A stretch of DNA of 60,419 nucleotides from Octopus bimaculoides (lineage: Eukaryota). Position 1 is the first letter of the stretch. The number at the start of each line of letters is the position of its first letter. The stretch lies in assembly GCF_001194135.2 (NCBI RefSeq), contig NC_068984.1, forward strand, positions 1,542,711 through 1,603,129. Direction: 5' to 3'. Position numbers and translations under genes: made by a program. Below are positions 49,033 through 60,419 of this stretch, piece by piece. A model generated the notes under the pieces. That model was not told the origin of the DNA and ran no database searches. It was given only the letters and a program-made list of their open reading frames with translations.

Positions 49033-49664
49033 TGTAGAAATAATGAGGATAATTATTATTATAGAAACAATTATTATTACCCTCTTCTTCCAACCTTCAT
49101 ATTTATTTCAGCCCCTAAAGATAATATATAGGTTCATTTATTATTTTTGTTTGTCTCTGTCTTAATTAGCTACAAATATAATGTTTATTACTGTTGTTTA
49201 ATTAATCTACCCCACGAAGACATGTGCTCTTGTTTACTGGGTCTCCCGCCACATTTTAATAATTGTTTTAACAACAAACACAACATTACAATGCAATAAT
49301 TAAATCGTTGCTAAATTTACTTCATTTGTATGTTGAAACGTTGCATGGAGCAAAACTTTATTCAGAACTATAATTAATAAAGCAATTTAATGAGGAGAAA
49401 ACTCTTCAGTTTATAAACCAGCATTGCTTCGGGCTACATATTGGCGCCTGCTGCCGTCTGGTAATAATTAAATTACAATAATTTCTTAGATAAATACATG
49501 TCCTCAGGTTTAGAGGGGATGAGAAATGGAACCGAAGCGTCCACCTGTTTTCCTTCCAAAGATACAAAACGAATGAGACGATCGCAACTTTTCGGCACCT
49601 CCATAATTCAAATATTTTTCATAAACACCATTTGTTGGGAGTGAATATAATATAATATAATATA

Positions 49665-49702
<38 letters not shown>

Positions 49703-49950
49703 CGTTTGTAATGTAATCGGTTGTTATTAAACTCTATTGCTGTCGGTTTTTGTCACCCTGAATTACATGTCATGTCAGTCCCTCAGTTATTTACCATATA
49801 AAGCAAATATTCTGTCATGTGATTTTTACAGAAACATGAAATTTTAAAATTTTTAGGAGACTAAAGAAAATTTTAAAATTAATCGGGGTAATTGGGGGCA
49901 ATTGCAACTCAGTGACGGGGTGTCGGTGTCCTCAATTAACAATAGCTCAC

Positions 49951-50103
49951 CTCTGACTCTATGGAGCCGGTGTCTTACATAGGCACCAACTGTCAGAGAT
50001 ATTGAGAAGACAAGTAAGAAGTGATGGTTTGTGGTGTTAATGCCTTTCATATCAAATGGGAAATAGTCTTCACGTTTCATGGAGGCATCGTCTTTAATTG
50101 CAG
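49951..50103 (-). CDS. Candidate exon encoding a juxtamembrane/transmembrane segment (unidentified)
   Basis: Acceptor GATATTTTTACAG|, donor AGAG|GTGAGC (alternative TAT|GTAAGA at 49979). Peptide AIKDDASMKREDYFPFDMKGINTTNHHFLLVFSISLTVGAYVRHRLHRVR. No family recognised. Confidence 0.3.
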
Positions 50104-50866
50104 CTGTAAAAATATCCAGGAATTGTTTTGGTTTCGCATCACGTGACAGCATTAAAGAATCTCCAGTCAACAAGGGTAGTGCTTCCATATTGTCACGCAA
50201 GCTGCTAGAAATAACAGCTGAATCCCCTTCAAATTATAGTCTACCGTCTTAAACACGATGACAGAGTGTCTTGAGTAATAGCAACGACCGACGTAAAAAT
50301 GCTTCAGAGAAACTCTTTTCAAATACAAACGAAGGTCTCACGTGTGATTTGGCTTGTTGGAAATCTTTTAATCAATTACAATTACCTAATTAATTAGTAC
50401 TTAAAATGTCACTCAAGAGGTGTTTAAAATTTCAAAAAACAAGAAAGAAGGGAGGTAACTACAATAAGTTCAGTTGATCGAAATTTTGGACGACATAATG
50501 TTGATTGATGCGGATCTTGTTTTTGAAACCAACTGCCGAAAGTGTTATCAGAGTTCCTTTGCAAAACATATTCTACTCAGCATGACTCAGAATATGTCAC
50601 TCATTATGAGTATCAACACAATGGCTGAGAGTTTCATGTATTAAATTGAAATACGATAGGGCCTCACATATATAATAATAATAATAATAATATAGTGAGT
50701 TGAGAAGCTTCGTTAAAGTGAGATTATTATCCTAGTAATTAGTGGACGAAAACTGCTAGCTATTTACAATATCATGTATGTGGGAATTTGTATATTGAGT
50801 ATACAAGCATGGCTCTGTGGTTAAGAAATTGCTTACCAACCATGTAGTCTTTAGTTCCCTCTCTAC

Positions 50867-50914
<48 letters not shown>

Positions 50915-50959
50915 NNNNNNNNNNTCCAGACCTCTTTCTTTGCATCCTCATTTAATGCA

Positions 50960-52130
50960 AGCGTACCATCATCCATGCGAACACATTTCTCTCCTACAAC
51001 ATCACTATTCTCTCTCCTACACTGTCTTGCAACCCGAAATACAGCTGAAACACTATTAGAACTAGAGAAGAGGTTTCAGGTGTGGAAGCAAGGTCTAGAG
51101 TCAAAGGGCTTTAGAGTTTTTAGAGTTAATCTAGGAAAAACCAAAGATTTAGTAAGTAGGAAAACAGACAAATCACAAGTCCTTTCAGGCCCCTGCTTGA
51201 TATGTAGAAACTCCATAGGTGCAGCAGTATCAGAGGAAGGTTAACAGAGAAATAGTCTTTGTGTGTGGTAGATGTGCAGGTCCAATAAACACTAAGAATG
51301 CCCAGGGTGGCGGTGGGGGATACTTAGAAGTAGTAAATAGCTTCTGTTACCTAGATGACCAAGTCAACAGTGGAAGAGGATGCTCTGAGAGCGTAGCTGC
51401 TAGAATAAGAATAGGCTGGACAGAAATCAGAGAGCTTCTACCTTTTTTAGCAACAAAGGGCCTCTCTCTCAGAGTGAAAGGCAGATTGTATAATGCCTGT
51501 GTGCGAACAGCCACTCTACATGGCAGTGAAACATGGGCTGTGACTGTAGTGGACATGTGAATGCTTGAAAGAAATGAAGCCAGTATGCTCTGTTGGATGG
51601 GTAATGTCAGTGTGCATGTATGACAGATTGTAAATGTCTTAATGTGCGAGAGAGAAGACAGTGCTAGTATGGCCATGTGATGGATAGGGACAAGCACAGC
51701 TGTGTAAAGAAGAGCTGATCTCAAACTGTGGAGGTAACGTGTGGAAGAGGTAGACTCAGAAAAGATTTGGACTCGAGATGGTGAAATACGATTGTCAGAT
51801 GTTGAGTTTCATGGAGGTGGTGACATGTGACCAAGATTTCTGGTGGTTTGTTGTGCTTGAGAAGACATGTCAAGCTGCTTAATGAAATTTTAGGTGTGGT
51901 CAGTATTGACAGCATGTGAAAAGCTGCTTTGCCAGTGACACCATGTGAGGCATTCACACCGGTGACATGTAAAAGACATCCTGTACATTGTAGAGTGGTT
52001 GGCATGTTAGGAAGGGCATCCAGCCATAGAAACCAAGCCCAAACAGGCTGGATCCTGGTGCAGCTCTCTGGCTTATCAATTCCAATCAAACCATCTGACC
52101 CATGCCAGCATCGAAAACAGACATTAAATG
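50960..52130 (+). mobile_element. RTE LINE: end of RT, C-terminal region, 3' UTR and (GAT)n tail
   Basis: WKQGLESKG.RVNLGKTK, YLEVVNSFCYLDDQVNSG.GCSESVAARIRIGW, RVKGRLYNACVRTATLHGSETWAV, then the GGAAGGGCATCCAGCC tail. Confidence 0.92.
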
Positions 52131-52156
52131 ATGATGTGTGTGTGTATGTATGTGTA

Positions 52157-52565
52157 TCATCATCATCATCATCGTTTAACGTCCGCTTTCCATGCTAGCT
52201 TGGGTTGGACAATTTGACTGAGGACTGGCGAACCAGATGGCAACACCAGGCTCCAATCTGATTTGGCAGAGTTTCTTCAGCTGGATGCCCTTCCTAACGC
52301 CAACCACTCAGAGAGTGTAGTGGGTGCTTTTACGTGCCACCAGCATGAGGATCAGTCAAGCAGTACTGGCAACAGCCATGCTCAAATGGTGTTTTTTAAG
52401 TGCCACCTGCACAGGAGCCAGTCCAGCAACACTGGCAACAACCTCGCTCGAATGTTTTTTCACGTGCCACTGGCACAAGTGCCAGTAAGGCGATGCTGGT
52501 AACGATCACACTCAAATGGTACTTTTTACTGGCATGGAAGCGTACGAACAGATGCGTACGAACAG
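52157..52565 (-). mobile_element. RTE 3' UTR/tail (tail-to-tail with the preceding RTE)
   Basis: (CAT)nCGTTTAACGTCCGCTTTCCATGCTAGC... followed by tandem GTGCCAC units. Confidence 0.88.
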
Positions 52566-53089
52566 NNNNNNNNNNNNNNNNNNNNNNNNNNNNNNNNNNN
52601 NNNNNNNNNNNNNNNNNNNNNNNNNNNNNNNNNNNNNNNNNNNNNNNNNNNNNNNNNNNNNNNNNNNNNNNNNNNNNNNNNNNNNNNNNNNNNNNNNNNN
52701 NNNNNNNNNNNNNNNNNNNNNNNNNNNNNNNNNNNNNNNNNNNNNNNNNNNNNNNNNNNNNNNNNNNNNNNNNNNNNNNNNNNNNNNNNNNNNNNNNNNN
52801 NNNNNNNNNNNNNNNNNNNNNNNNNNNNNNNNNNNNNNNNNNNNNNNNNNNNNNNNNNNNNNNNNNNNNNNNNNNNNNNNNNNNNNNNNNNNNNNNNNNN
52901 NNNNNNNNNNNNNNNNNNNNNNNNNNNNNNNNNNNNNNNNNNNNNNNNNNNNNNNNNNNNNNNNNNNNNNNNNNNNNNNNNNNNNNNNNNNNNNNNNNNN
53001 NNNNNNNNNNNNNNNNNNNNNNNNNNNNNNNNNNNNNNNNNNNNNNNNNNNNNNNNNNNNNNNNNNNNNNNNNNNNNNNNNNNNNNNNN

Positions 53090-53912
53090 CACCATTTTGA
53101 GCGTGGCCGTTTTCGTGCGGGTGACACGTAAAAGCACCCACTACACTCTCTGAGTGGTTGGCGTTAGGAAGGGCATCCAGCTGTAGAAACTCTGCTGGAG
53201 CCTGGTGTTGCCATCCGGTTTCACCAGTCCTCAGTCAAATCGTCCAACCCATGCTAGCATGGAAAGCGGACGTTAAACGATGATGATGATGATGATGATG
53301 ATGAAGCCAGTCAGCTGCTCTGGCAATGATCCCGCTCGGACGGTGCTGTTAGTGCTCCACTGGCATGGGTGCCAGTCATCGAATTTAGTTCGATTTCGAT
53401 TTCACATATATATATCACCGGCACAAGTGCCAGTAAGGCGACGCTGGTAACGATCACGCTCAAATAGTGGCACGTAAAAAGCACCATTTGAGTGTGATTG
53501 TTAACCAGCGTCGCCTTACTGGCACATGAAAAAACATTCAAGTGAGGTCATTGCCAGTGCCGCTGGATTGATTCCTGTGCAGGTGGCACGTAAAAAACAC
53601 CATTTGAGCGTGGCCATTGCCAGTACCGCCAGACTGGCCCTCGTGCTGGTGGCATGTAAAAGCACCCACTACACTCTTGGAGTGGTTGGCGTTAGGAAGG
53701 GCATCTAGCTGTAGAAACTCTGCCAAATCAGATTGGAANNNNNNNNNNACCCACTACACTCTTGGAGTGGTTGGCGTTAGGAAGGGCATCTAGCTGTAGA
53801 AACTCTGCCAAATCAGATTGGAACCTGGTGTAGCCATCTGGTTCACCAGTCCTCAGTCAAATCGTCCAACCCATGCTAGCATGGGAAGCAGACGTTAAAC
53901 GATGATGATGAT
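53090..53912 (+). mobile_element. Two tandem RTE 3' UTR/tails ending in (GAT)n at ~53305 and ~53912
   Basis: GGCACGTAAAAGCACCCACTACACTC...GGAAGGGCATCCAGCTGTAGAAACTCTG...GGACGTTAAACGATGATG, present twice. Confidence 0.88.
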
Positions 53913-54271
53913 ATATACTGCTATTTCCAGCATGGTGGTATCTCTTAGATACCCTAAATTATGATTATATGTGTGTGTGTGTGTATATGTATGTGTGTGT
54001 ATATATATGTGTGTGTGTGTATGTATGTGTTTGTATATATGTATGTGTTTGTGCATGTATATGTGTGTGTGTGTATATATATGTATGTATATATATATAT
54101 GTGTATATGTATATATATATGTGTATGTGTGTGTGTGTATATATATATATGTGTGTGTGTGGATGTGTTATAACACTATTCCACGTACACAAACAACCAT
54201 ACCAACAATCCAACTTTCTCCATCATCAGCTGCCCCACAGATATCATTATGGTTTTGACACTATGTGTATG

Positions 54272-54306
<35 letters not shown>

Positions 54307-54396
54307 ATGTATATATTTACAAGAAAACAAAAGATGAAGACAGGTGTATAAACAACAAACAAGTGTATTAGTTTAACGCTCGAGAAGGTGAGAAAG

Positions 54397-54434
54397 TCTT
54401 TTATATTTCGAGCCTGCGCTCTTCAGCAGAAAGG
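54397..54434 (-). ncRNA. Hammerhead-ribozyme-like motif (family HH-B), degenerate
   Basis: CCUUU CUGCUGA A GAGC GCAG GCUC GAAAU AUA AAAGA: stem I CUUU/AAAG, stem II GAGC/GCUC, stem III palindrome AUAU. Flanks are homologous to those of the 3817 motif. Confidence 0.5.
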
Positions 54435-54504
54435 AACACGAGAAAATAAACAGAGAGAGAATAAAAAAAGAGAGTGTGTGTAATCTGAATAAAGTGTTAT
54501 TAAT

Positions 54505-54553
54505 AAGGTATTGATAATCAAGGTATTGATAATCAAGGTATTGATAATCAAGG
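54505..54553. repeat. 15-bp tandem repeat x3 (AAGGTATTGATAATC)
   Basis: Three exact units read directly. Confidence 0.95.
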
Positions 54554-57279
54554 CAAAATACTTGTTAAGCTTTCTTCTGATACAAAAACACCAGGCTAGC
54601 AAAAGGATTTCTTTGATTTGTATAGAACTCCAGGTAAGGCAAGATCCAAAGTCGAAGTCCATCACCAGCCAACTTTGGAAATCCATTTTTGCATTACCAA
54701 GTTAATATTTTCACAGAGTGACACAAAAAAGACATAAATAATGGCCTTTATACATTTATTCATTGATATAAATGTATAAAACACATTATTTATACCCTTT
54801 TTGTTATGTGTGTGTGTCTGTGTGTATGAATGTTTGTTTCTTTTTGTTCAGTTCTGATAAAAGCAATTTCACTTTAATCCAATGGGTTACTTTGTACTTT
54901 GGTAGAATACAGATTTATTATTCTTATACAAGAATATTTTTGACAGTGAGTTTGAAGTTTTGGCCAGTCAAGACCAACTGTGATATACATTGATCACAGT
55001 TGGTCATGTTGTCACAAGTGTAGTATTTTGAGGAGGTGTAATAAGACTGAAACATGTCTGTTGATTGAAACACCAGATCCACTCCATTCTGCATCATCTG
55101 AAAAAAGATCCATCCATATAATTTCATAGGAGTTATTATCTCCCTTGGTTTTAGAATTTCAATTACAATTGTGGACGTTTTTGCCTACTAATTACTTGGA
55201 TAATCAATTGATCAAAGTTTTTCTTCTCAGTGCTGGTGTCATATAATAAGTTGCCAGAACATTCTGTAAAGTCTTTGGTGTTAGGAAAGGCATCCGGCAA
55301 TAGAAACCATGCCAAAACAGACAATTGGAGTCTGGTGCAGCCCTCCAGCTGGCCATCTCCTGTCAAACCGTCCAACCCATGCCAGCATGGAAAAACGGAC
55401 GTTAAACGATGATGATGATGATGCAAGGCTTTTCCATTTGTCTAGGATTATGTTCTCTAAGATAGATTATACCATAAATAAATGTAGGTTGATCACTAGC
55501 GGAATGTCTTTAATTATAGGTCTACTAAGTGAAGGCTGACCTGGGGTTAAACAAAATCAACAAGAAGCTTAAAGTCTCTGTTCCATCAGTAACTCTGTCA
55601 CCTCCACCCCCACCCACAGGATTGAGATTTCTGTCCTTGTTTGGTTGCCACTTGTGTAAACCTCTTTGTTGTGGCAGAGCTGTGGGGTCAACTTTGCCTG
55701 TCGTCCCTTTTGGGCTTGATAAAATAAATACCAGCCAGACACCGGTTGCTGATGTAATCGACTTGACCCCCCTCGAAATTGCTCCCCCTGGCCTTGTGCA
55801 AAAATTTAAAACCAATATTTCATTTGGATTTTTGCTGACATCAATGGGGTGGGGATCGATCACCTATTGATGACATCTTTAATTAATCATTCCCTGTCAT
55901 CTTTGAAACAGCTGAGTGGATCATTATAGGGTGGCCACAGATGGAACACTGTTGATCACAGGCCTGTTGAAGATCTTACCTGGGGCTAAAATAACAACAT
56001 ATGTACTGATGAGGGGGGCCTCTACATGGTTGTTCAGCCTGCAAGAAATAGCAGTCAAATCTTTCTCATATTACTATTCCCCTTTTTATAAAAGGGAAGG
56101 ACGCATTAGCTCATATAATCTTTGGTTACCCTTAATTGACAGGTTAGCCAAGGCTAGATTGCTCAGACAGGCTGACCTGGGGTTAAACAATAACTTACTG
56201 ATGACTATTGTTTGTGGTTTGAATTAGCTTATCTCATAATCCTGACATTAAAACCCCATCTAAGTTTTAATTAATTCAACCAGTTCCATCTATCTTTGAG
56301 AGGGACTGTATTGGTTTATTGGAAACAGCATGAATGCCACTCAATCACATCTTTTTCCTAAATAAAGAAAAAGATTTTGCATATCTGTAAAAAATGGTTT
56401 TAGGGACTGAACAGAACAGTTTGAATGAAGAAGTCCCTATTTTTTTTTTTTTTGCTTCCATGTCAAAGAATTCAATAAAACCAAGNNNNNNNNNNNNNNN
56501 NNNNNNNNNNNNNNNNNNNNNNNNNNNNNNNNNNNNNNNNNNNNNNNNNNNNNNNNNNNNNNNNNNNNNNNNNNNNNNNNNNNNNNNNNNNNNNNNNNNN
56601 NNNNTGGTAACAACAGTAAGAGGTGGAGAGGGAGAGAGAGAGAGAGAGAGGAGGGGACGATAGTGAGAGAGTGTGTAACCGTTTCCACCCTCCCCCCTGT
56701 CCCCCTATATAAACATAGTTATTTTCACGCAGCCCAGCCCCAACCGCAGGCTGCAGTTTGTCGATGACATTTCGATGTGTGAATGTTTTAGCGAAAAGGG
56801 AAGTGTCAATATTGTTGGCACCTTTCTGTTTTTGTTGGAATAATCTAAATAAAAGTTTGGTTTGGTTTGGTTTACAGAGAGAAGCAGTAACACAAGTTTG
56901 TCTGGGAGCCAGAATCATTTATTAAAGAGGAAAAATAGATTGCTTTTTTTTTTTTTTTGTATCTAGTAAAACTCTTTTGTGTTTGATTATGAGAGTTTGA
57001 TGAATTTAATTGCTGTGAGGGTGTAAAATCCAACGATTCTGCCAGAGAGAGAAAGAGAGAGAGAGAGTATTGATTAGATTTGGGTTACGGCAAATAAAGA
57101 ATTTGAAGTACTCGGTTTTATTTTTGTAGTGGTCTGAAGAATGGTGGCAATACTCCGCCAGTTGAGGCTTTCATGAACTGTAGGTGAGATCAATTAACGT
57201 GTTGATTTGAGCAGTAGAGTATTAAGACATAAACCTGTTTACTGATTCTTTCTCTTCTGTCGCCGTCCCTCCCTCACCA

Positions 57280-58520
57280 GCGTGATGACCCCTTGGAGCC
57301 CCAATTACTGACTGAGTTTTTGAGTCAGTCTTTTGATCCTAAATGGCTAACCTTGAGCAATTATTAAAAAACCTGGAAGCAATTGGGCCCCACCAAGGTT
57401 TTTTTTTATACTTAGGAATTATTGATTCCTATGTTATTGTATTTTCTCAGAGTTAGTCCCTCTTGTAGATTCTTGTCGTCTCTCCAGTGCTATGACAACC
57501 TAATCTTCAGGAAACTCGAAATCGTGGTCGACACTCTCCAGAATCCTATGACCAAACAGTTCGGGGCTTTAGGTTTGCGTAAGTGCTTGTCTCTATTGCT
57601 TCCCTATTTTCTTTCCTCCATCCACGTTTGCTCCTCTTTGGTAGCCAACGTCCTCTTCTCTCCAACTGGGACTAGTTCCAGTAGGAAAATGGATGAAGCC
57701 CTGTTAACAGTGAAGAGAGCTGGGTTTGTCAGTTCTTGACAAAGCTGAGGATAGAGGGAAGCAGCGAGTATGGGACAACCTGCATTCAGGTGCTACTTTC
57801 AACTCTCTCTTTGATCAATCTGTTAAATTTTCATGGTGTCGCCTACTTTCTGCAAGTATGATATTCTCAGGGGATTGGATTGATGTCCTGCCTGTGGCCA
57901 ACATCGGTGGTCTGCTCAGACTGGATGAGTTCCGCATCTCCATTGCACTCAGAACCGACGTCTGTGGGGAATTGAGATGTCGCCGTGGTAGGCTCCTCAA
58001 CTCCACAAGTTTTCATGGTCTCTCTTTCCACTTAAATACTGGTCATTCTGCTTGTCACACTGAGCTAAACTTAATCATTAAGCTGGTCCTGGCTCTGGTT
58101 AATATTCCCTCAGTTCTGGAGCTGGTGGGATTATCCAGAAGTGATAGAAGAAGACCAAATGGTTTTATTCTCTGTCCCTGGGTTAGAGGTCAGTGCCTCA
58201 TCTGGAACACCAGAGTCTGTGACTCCTTTGCTCCCACCCCACTTCCTGGATGCTGCCGTAAATGGGAATGTCACTACTGTCGTAGCTGAATGGAACAAAA
58301 TCTTTAAGTATTGGAACTTGTCAGTGAACCGTTTCTTCCAGCCTATGACGTTTGGAGGGCCGGGCCACTAACGGCAAAGTTCTTGTCAGCGTTGGCAATT
58401 CACCTCACCAAGTTGCCATGTGATGCCCGAGAGGGTGCTTGATTTTTCCAATGCTTTAGCCTCGCCATCACCCGTGGTAATGCCTTTGTGCGTGCTGGCT
58501 TGCTTCAGAAGGTTCCGTTG
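57280..58520 (+). mobile_element. CRE-clade non-LTR retrotransposon, post-RT region, zinc knuckle and RLE domain, disrupted
   Basis: LGAPI...LE.L...LEAIGPHQ, IPMLLYFLRVSP, FGALGLRK...FLSS, KQRVWD, SGDWIDVLP, FRISIALR, C.G..HGLS...H..LN, RRPNG...PW.RG.CL.W, K..KY, RE..FFQ..SLAITRGNA. Confidence 0.88.
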
Positions 58521-59383
58521 AACCTTGTGCTATGCGACCAATTGAGGCACTTGAGGCCTCAATTGATGATGCTTTTTTTCTTCCCCCTTTTTTTCATTCT
58601 TCACTCATGCTTGTGTTTTCTTCGGTTTTTGAATTTGTATTTTGATGTGGTTTTGTGTTTGATATGTACCATATGTACATGCGTGTTATATTCCAATAAA
58701 GTACTCTAGCTGGGGTGTGGGGAGTATGGGCTGGGAAAGGATTAAGGAACATGACAATTCTGGAAAGAAAGTGTTTTAGTGTGGCCTCTTGTGTGAAACC
58801 GGGTGAGGGAGACCATAATGAGAAGAAACAAAGAAAAAGAATGGGTTGGCAACCAGCAACTTCGGAGAAGGGTAACCAGCGAGTGTGTGTGTGAGTGTTT
58901 AGGGGAATTAGCCTGGCGATAAGCTAACAAGTTGTAAAGTTAGTGAATTAAGAAGTCTGACTGTGAGGCAGATGGCCACTTTTTGATACGGTTTGGGTTC
59001 TAGGTGTGTGAGATGAGTGCATTGACCCAAATATTTAGTCCAGGGGCAGTCTGGATTATACCAAAGAATGTGTGTGTGATCGTAGAGGTCGTAAGGTTGT
59101 AGCATTTTCAAAGGACGTCATATCGTTATCTCTTTGGTGTCAGTAAGTGTAGTCGGTTATGGTGTCGTGTGGCATATTTGAGTGAATGGTGAAAGAGAAT
59201 AAAATGATCGTGTTTGAGGAAACGTGTTCGGGATCCTTGTGTAGAAAAGTGTAAAGTTAGAAGTGACAGCTAACAAATAATATAGAAACAAGATTGTTGA
59301 GATCTTTACTACACAACCATTGTTGTGATTTTCGGTGCAACATTCGTCTTTATAAAATAAGAATCGGAGAGAGTTTCTCATCA

Positions 59384-59537
59384 CTGGCGTAGTTAGAACG
59401 TGCGTTTGCCGCGGTAGTCCTTAAGTTTCCTCACCATTCATTTTACATGATTATATAGCAAACCCAAAAGTGATGACTCTTATAAAAGTGCCACTCGGGG
59501 TAGACCGCCCCATCACCCTCTCCTCTAGCTACGCTAG
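59384..59537. mobile_element. Small MITE-like element
   Basis: Ends CTGGCGTAGTTAGA and TCTAGCTACGCTAG are imperfect inverted repeats; no clear target-site duplication. Confidence 0.35.
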
Positions 59538-60179
59538 AGGTTGTGACCGGATGCTATAGTGGAACGACGAACCTTCTGATGTGGATGAGTGGGTAGTGAG
59601 AGCTACAACTTTAGTTTCTCCAACGTTTCAATAAATATAGGGACGATATGATCAGTTGAAAAAGAAAAAAAACCTAAATCCTTTCAAGAACAGTGCCCCA
59701 GCATGGTTTCAGTCTAATTCTTGAAACCAGTAAAAGCAATAAAAGATAAAGGTTATTGCTTTCCGACATCGTTACTCTGTTTGTAATGGCGATGGTGTTG
59801 AGGAGACTGCTGATACGTTTATGAACTATTTGTAGTTAAGGGTCAGTAATTAAGTAGGGAGGGTAGAAATGTTATTTTTTCCCCCTGTGAGTGAACACAC
59901 TATTGTATGTTGTATTTCTGTTTCAGCGGAAAAAGAGATGGTACAAAGATTGATGTGGACAGGAGTAACTTTGAGATAATCAATAAACTGTTGTCTTCGG
60001 TTCGTACTTGGTAAATGTGATCTCGAAGAGGTGAGAAAGGTGGAGTAGAGAGAGAGAGTCTTACAGTGTGAACGGAGTGACTTTAGATTCAAATTGGGTA
60101 GAAAATCTGGAGTGACAGGGTGCTGTTTATAAAGTTTAGTTAATGAGGAAAATTCAGTTAAGTTTGATTGAAGCAATTT

Positions 60180-60419
60180 TCATCATCATCATCATCATCG
60201 TTTAACGTCCGCTTTCCATGCTAGCATGGGTTGGACGATTTGACTGAGGACTGGTGAAACCGGATGGCAACACCAGGCTCCAGTCTGATTTGGCAGAGTT
60301 TCTACAGCTGGATGCCCTTCCTAACGCCAACCACTCAGAGAGTGTAGTGGGTGCTTTTACGTGTCACCCGCACGAAAACGGCCACGCTCGAAATGGTGTC
60401 TTTTATGTGCCACCCGCAC
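60180..60419 (-). mobile_element. Young RTE 3' tail (runs off the window)
   Basis: Nearly identical to the reverse complement of 53090-53290, apart from a short deletion in the latter. Confidence 0.9.

Noticed and set aside
54972-55005. 13-bp perfect hairpin GACCAACTGTGAT/ATCACAGTTGGTC
   Set aside because: The stem does not extend to pre-miRNA length; probably a chance local inversion.
56706-56713. TATATAAA box in a CpG-containing stretch
   Set aside because: A single short motif with no supported downstream exon.
57130-57578. Apparent plus-strand exons with good splice signals (57130-57183, from 57281, and 57488-57578)
   Set aside because: From ~57280 the sequence translates as a CRE retrotransposon (LGAPI, IP.LLYFLR.SP, FGALGLRK), so those signals are coincidental. 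57130-57183 has no recognisable product.

Overview
AT-rich, microsatellite-rich, gapped animal genomic DNA. The SINE and LINE repertoire looks like that of an octopod cephalopod (inference, not a database match). The only protein-coding gene I can recognise is acylamino-acid-releasing enzyme (APEH) on the minus strand. It has a well-supported 230-nt exon at 10804-11033 and a probable first coding exon at 35802-35864, implying a ~25 kb first intron; downstream exons lie in gaps or outside the window. Almost everything else is transposon debris: two tRNA-headed SINE families, RTE LINEs and their (GAT)n-tailed 3' ends, CR1/L2 fragments, three restriction-like-endonuclease (RLE) LINE lineages (Dong/R4, HERO, CRE), two mariner families and MITE-like pieces. 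The most interesting signal is four minimal type-I hammerhead-ribozyme-like motifs, all on the minus strand. Two sit inside a tRNA-headed SINE-like element (Pol III head, (AAT)n, hammerhead, terminal hairpin) present twice in the same orientation in the probable APEH intron 1. The other two belong to a second family with a non-canonical core position 6. There are also three long fold-back palindromes (7.3-7.5 kb, 14.6-14.7 kb, 41.5-41.8 kb). Repeat boundaries were set by eye and are approximate; exon, ribozyme and palindrome coordinates were indexed base by base.
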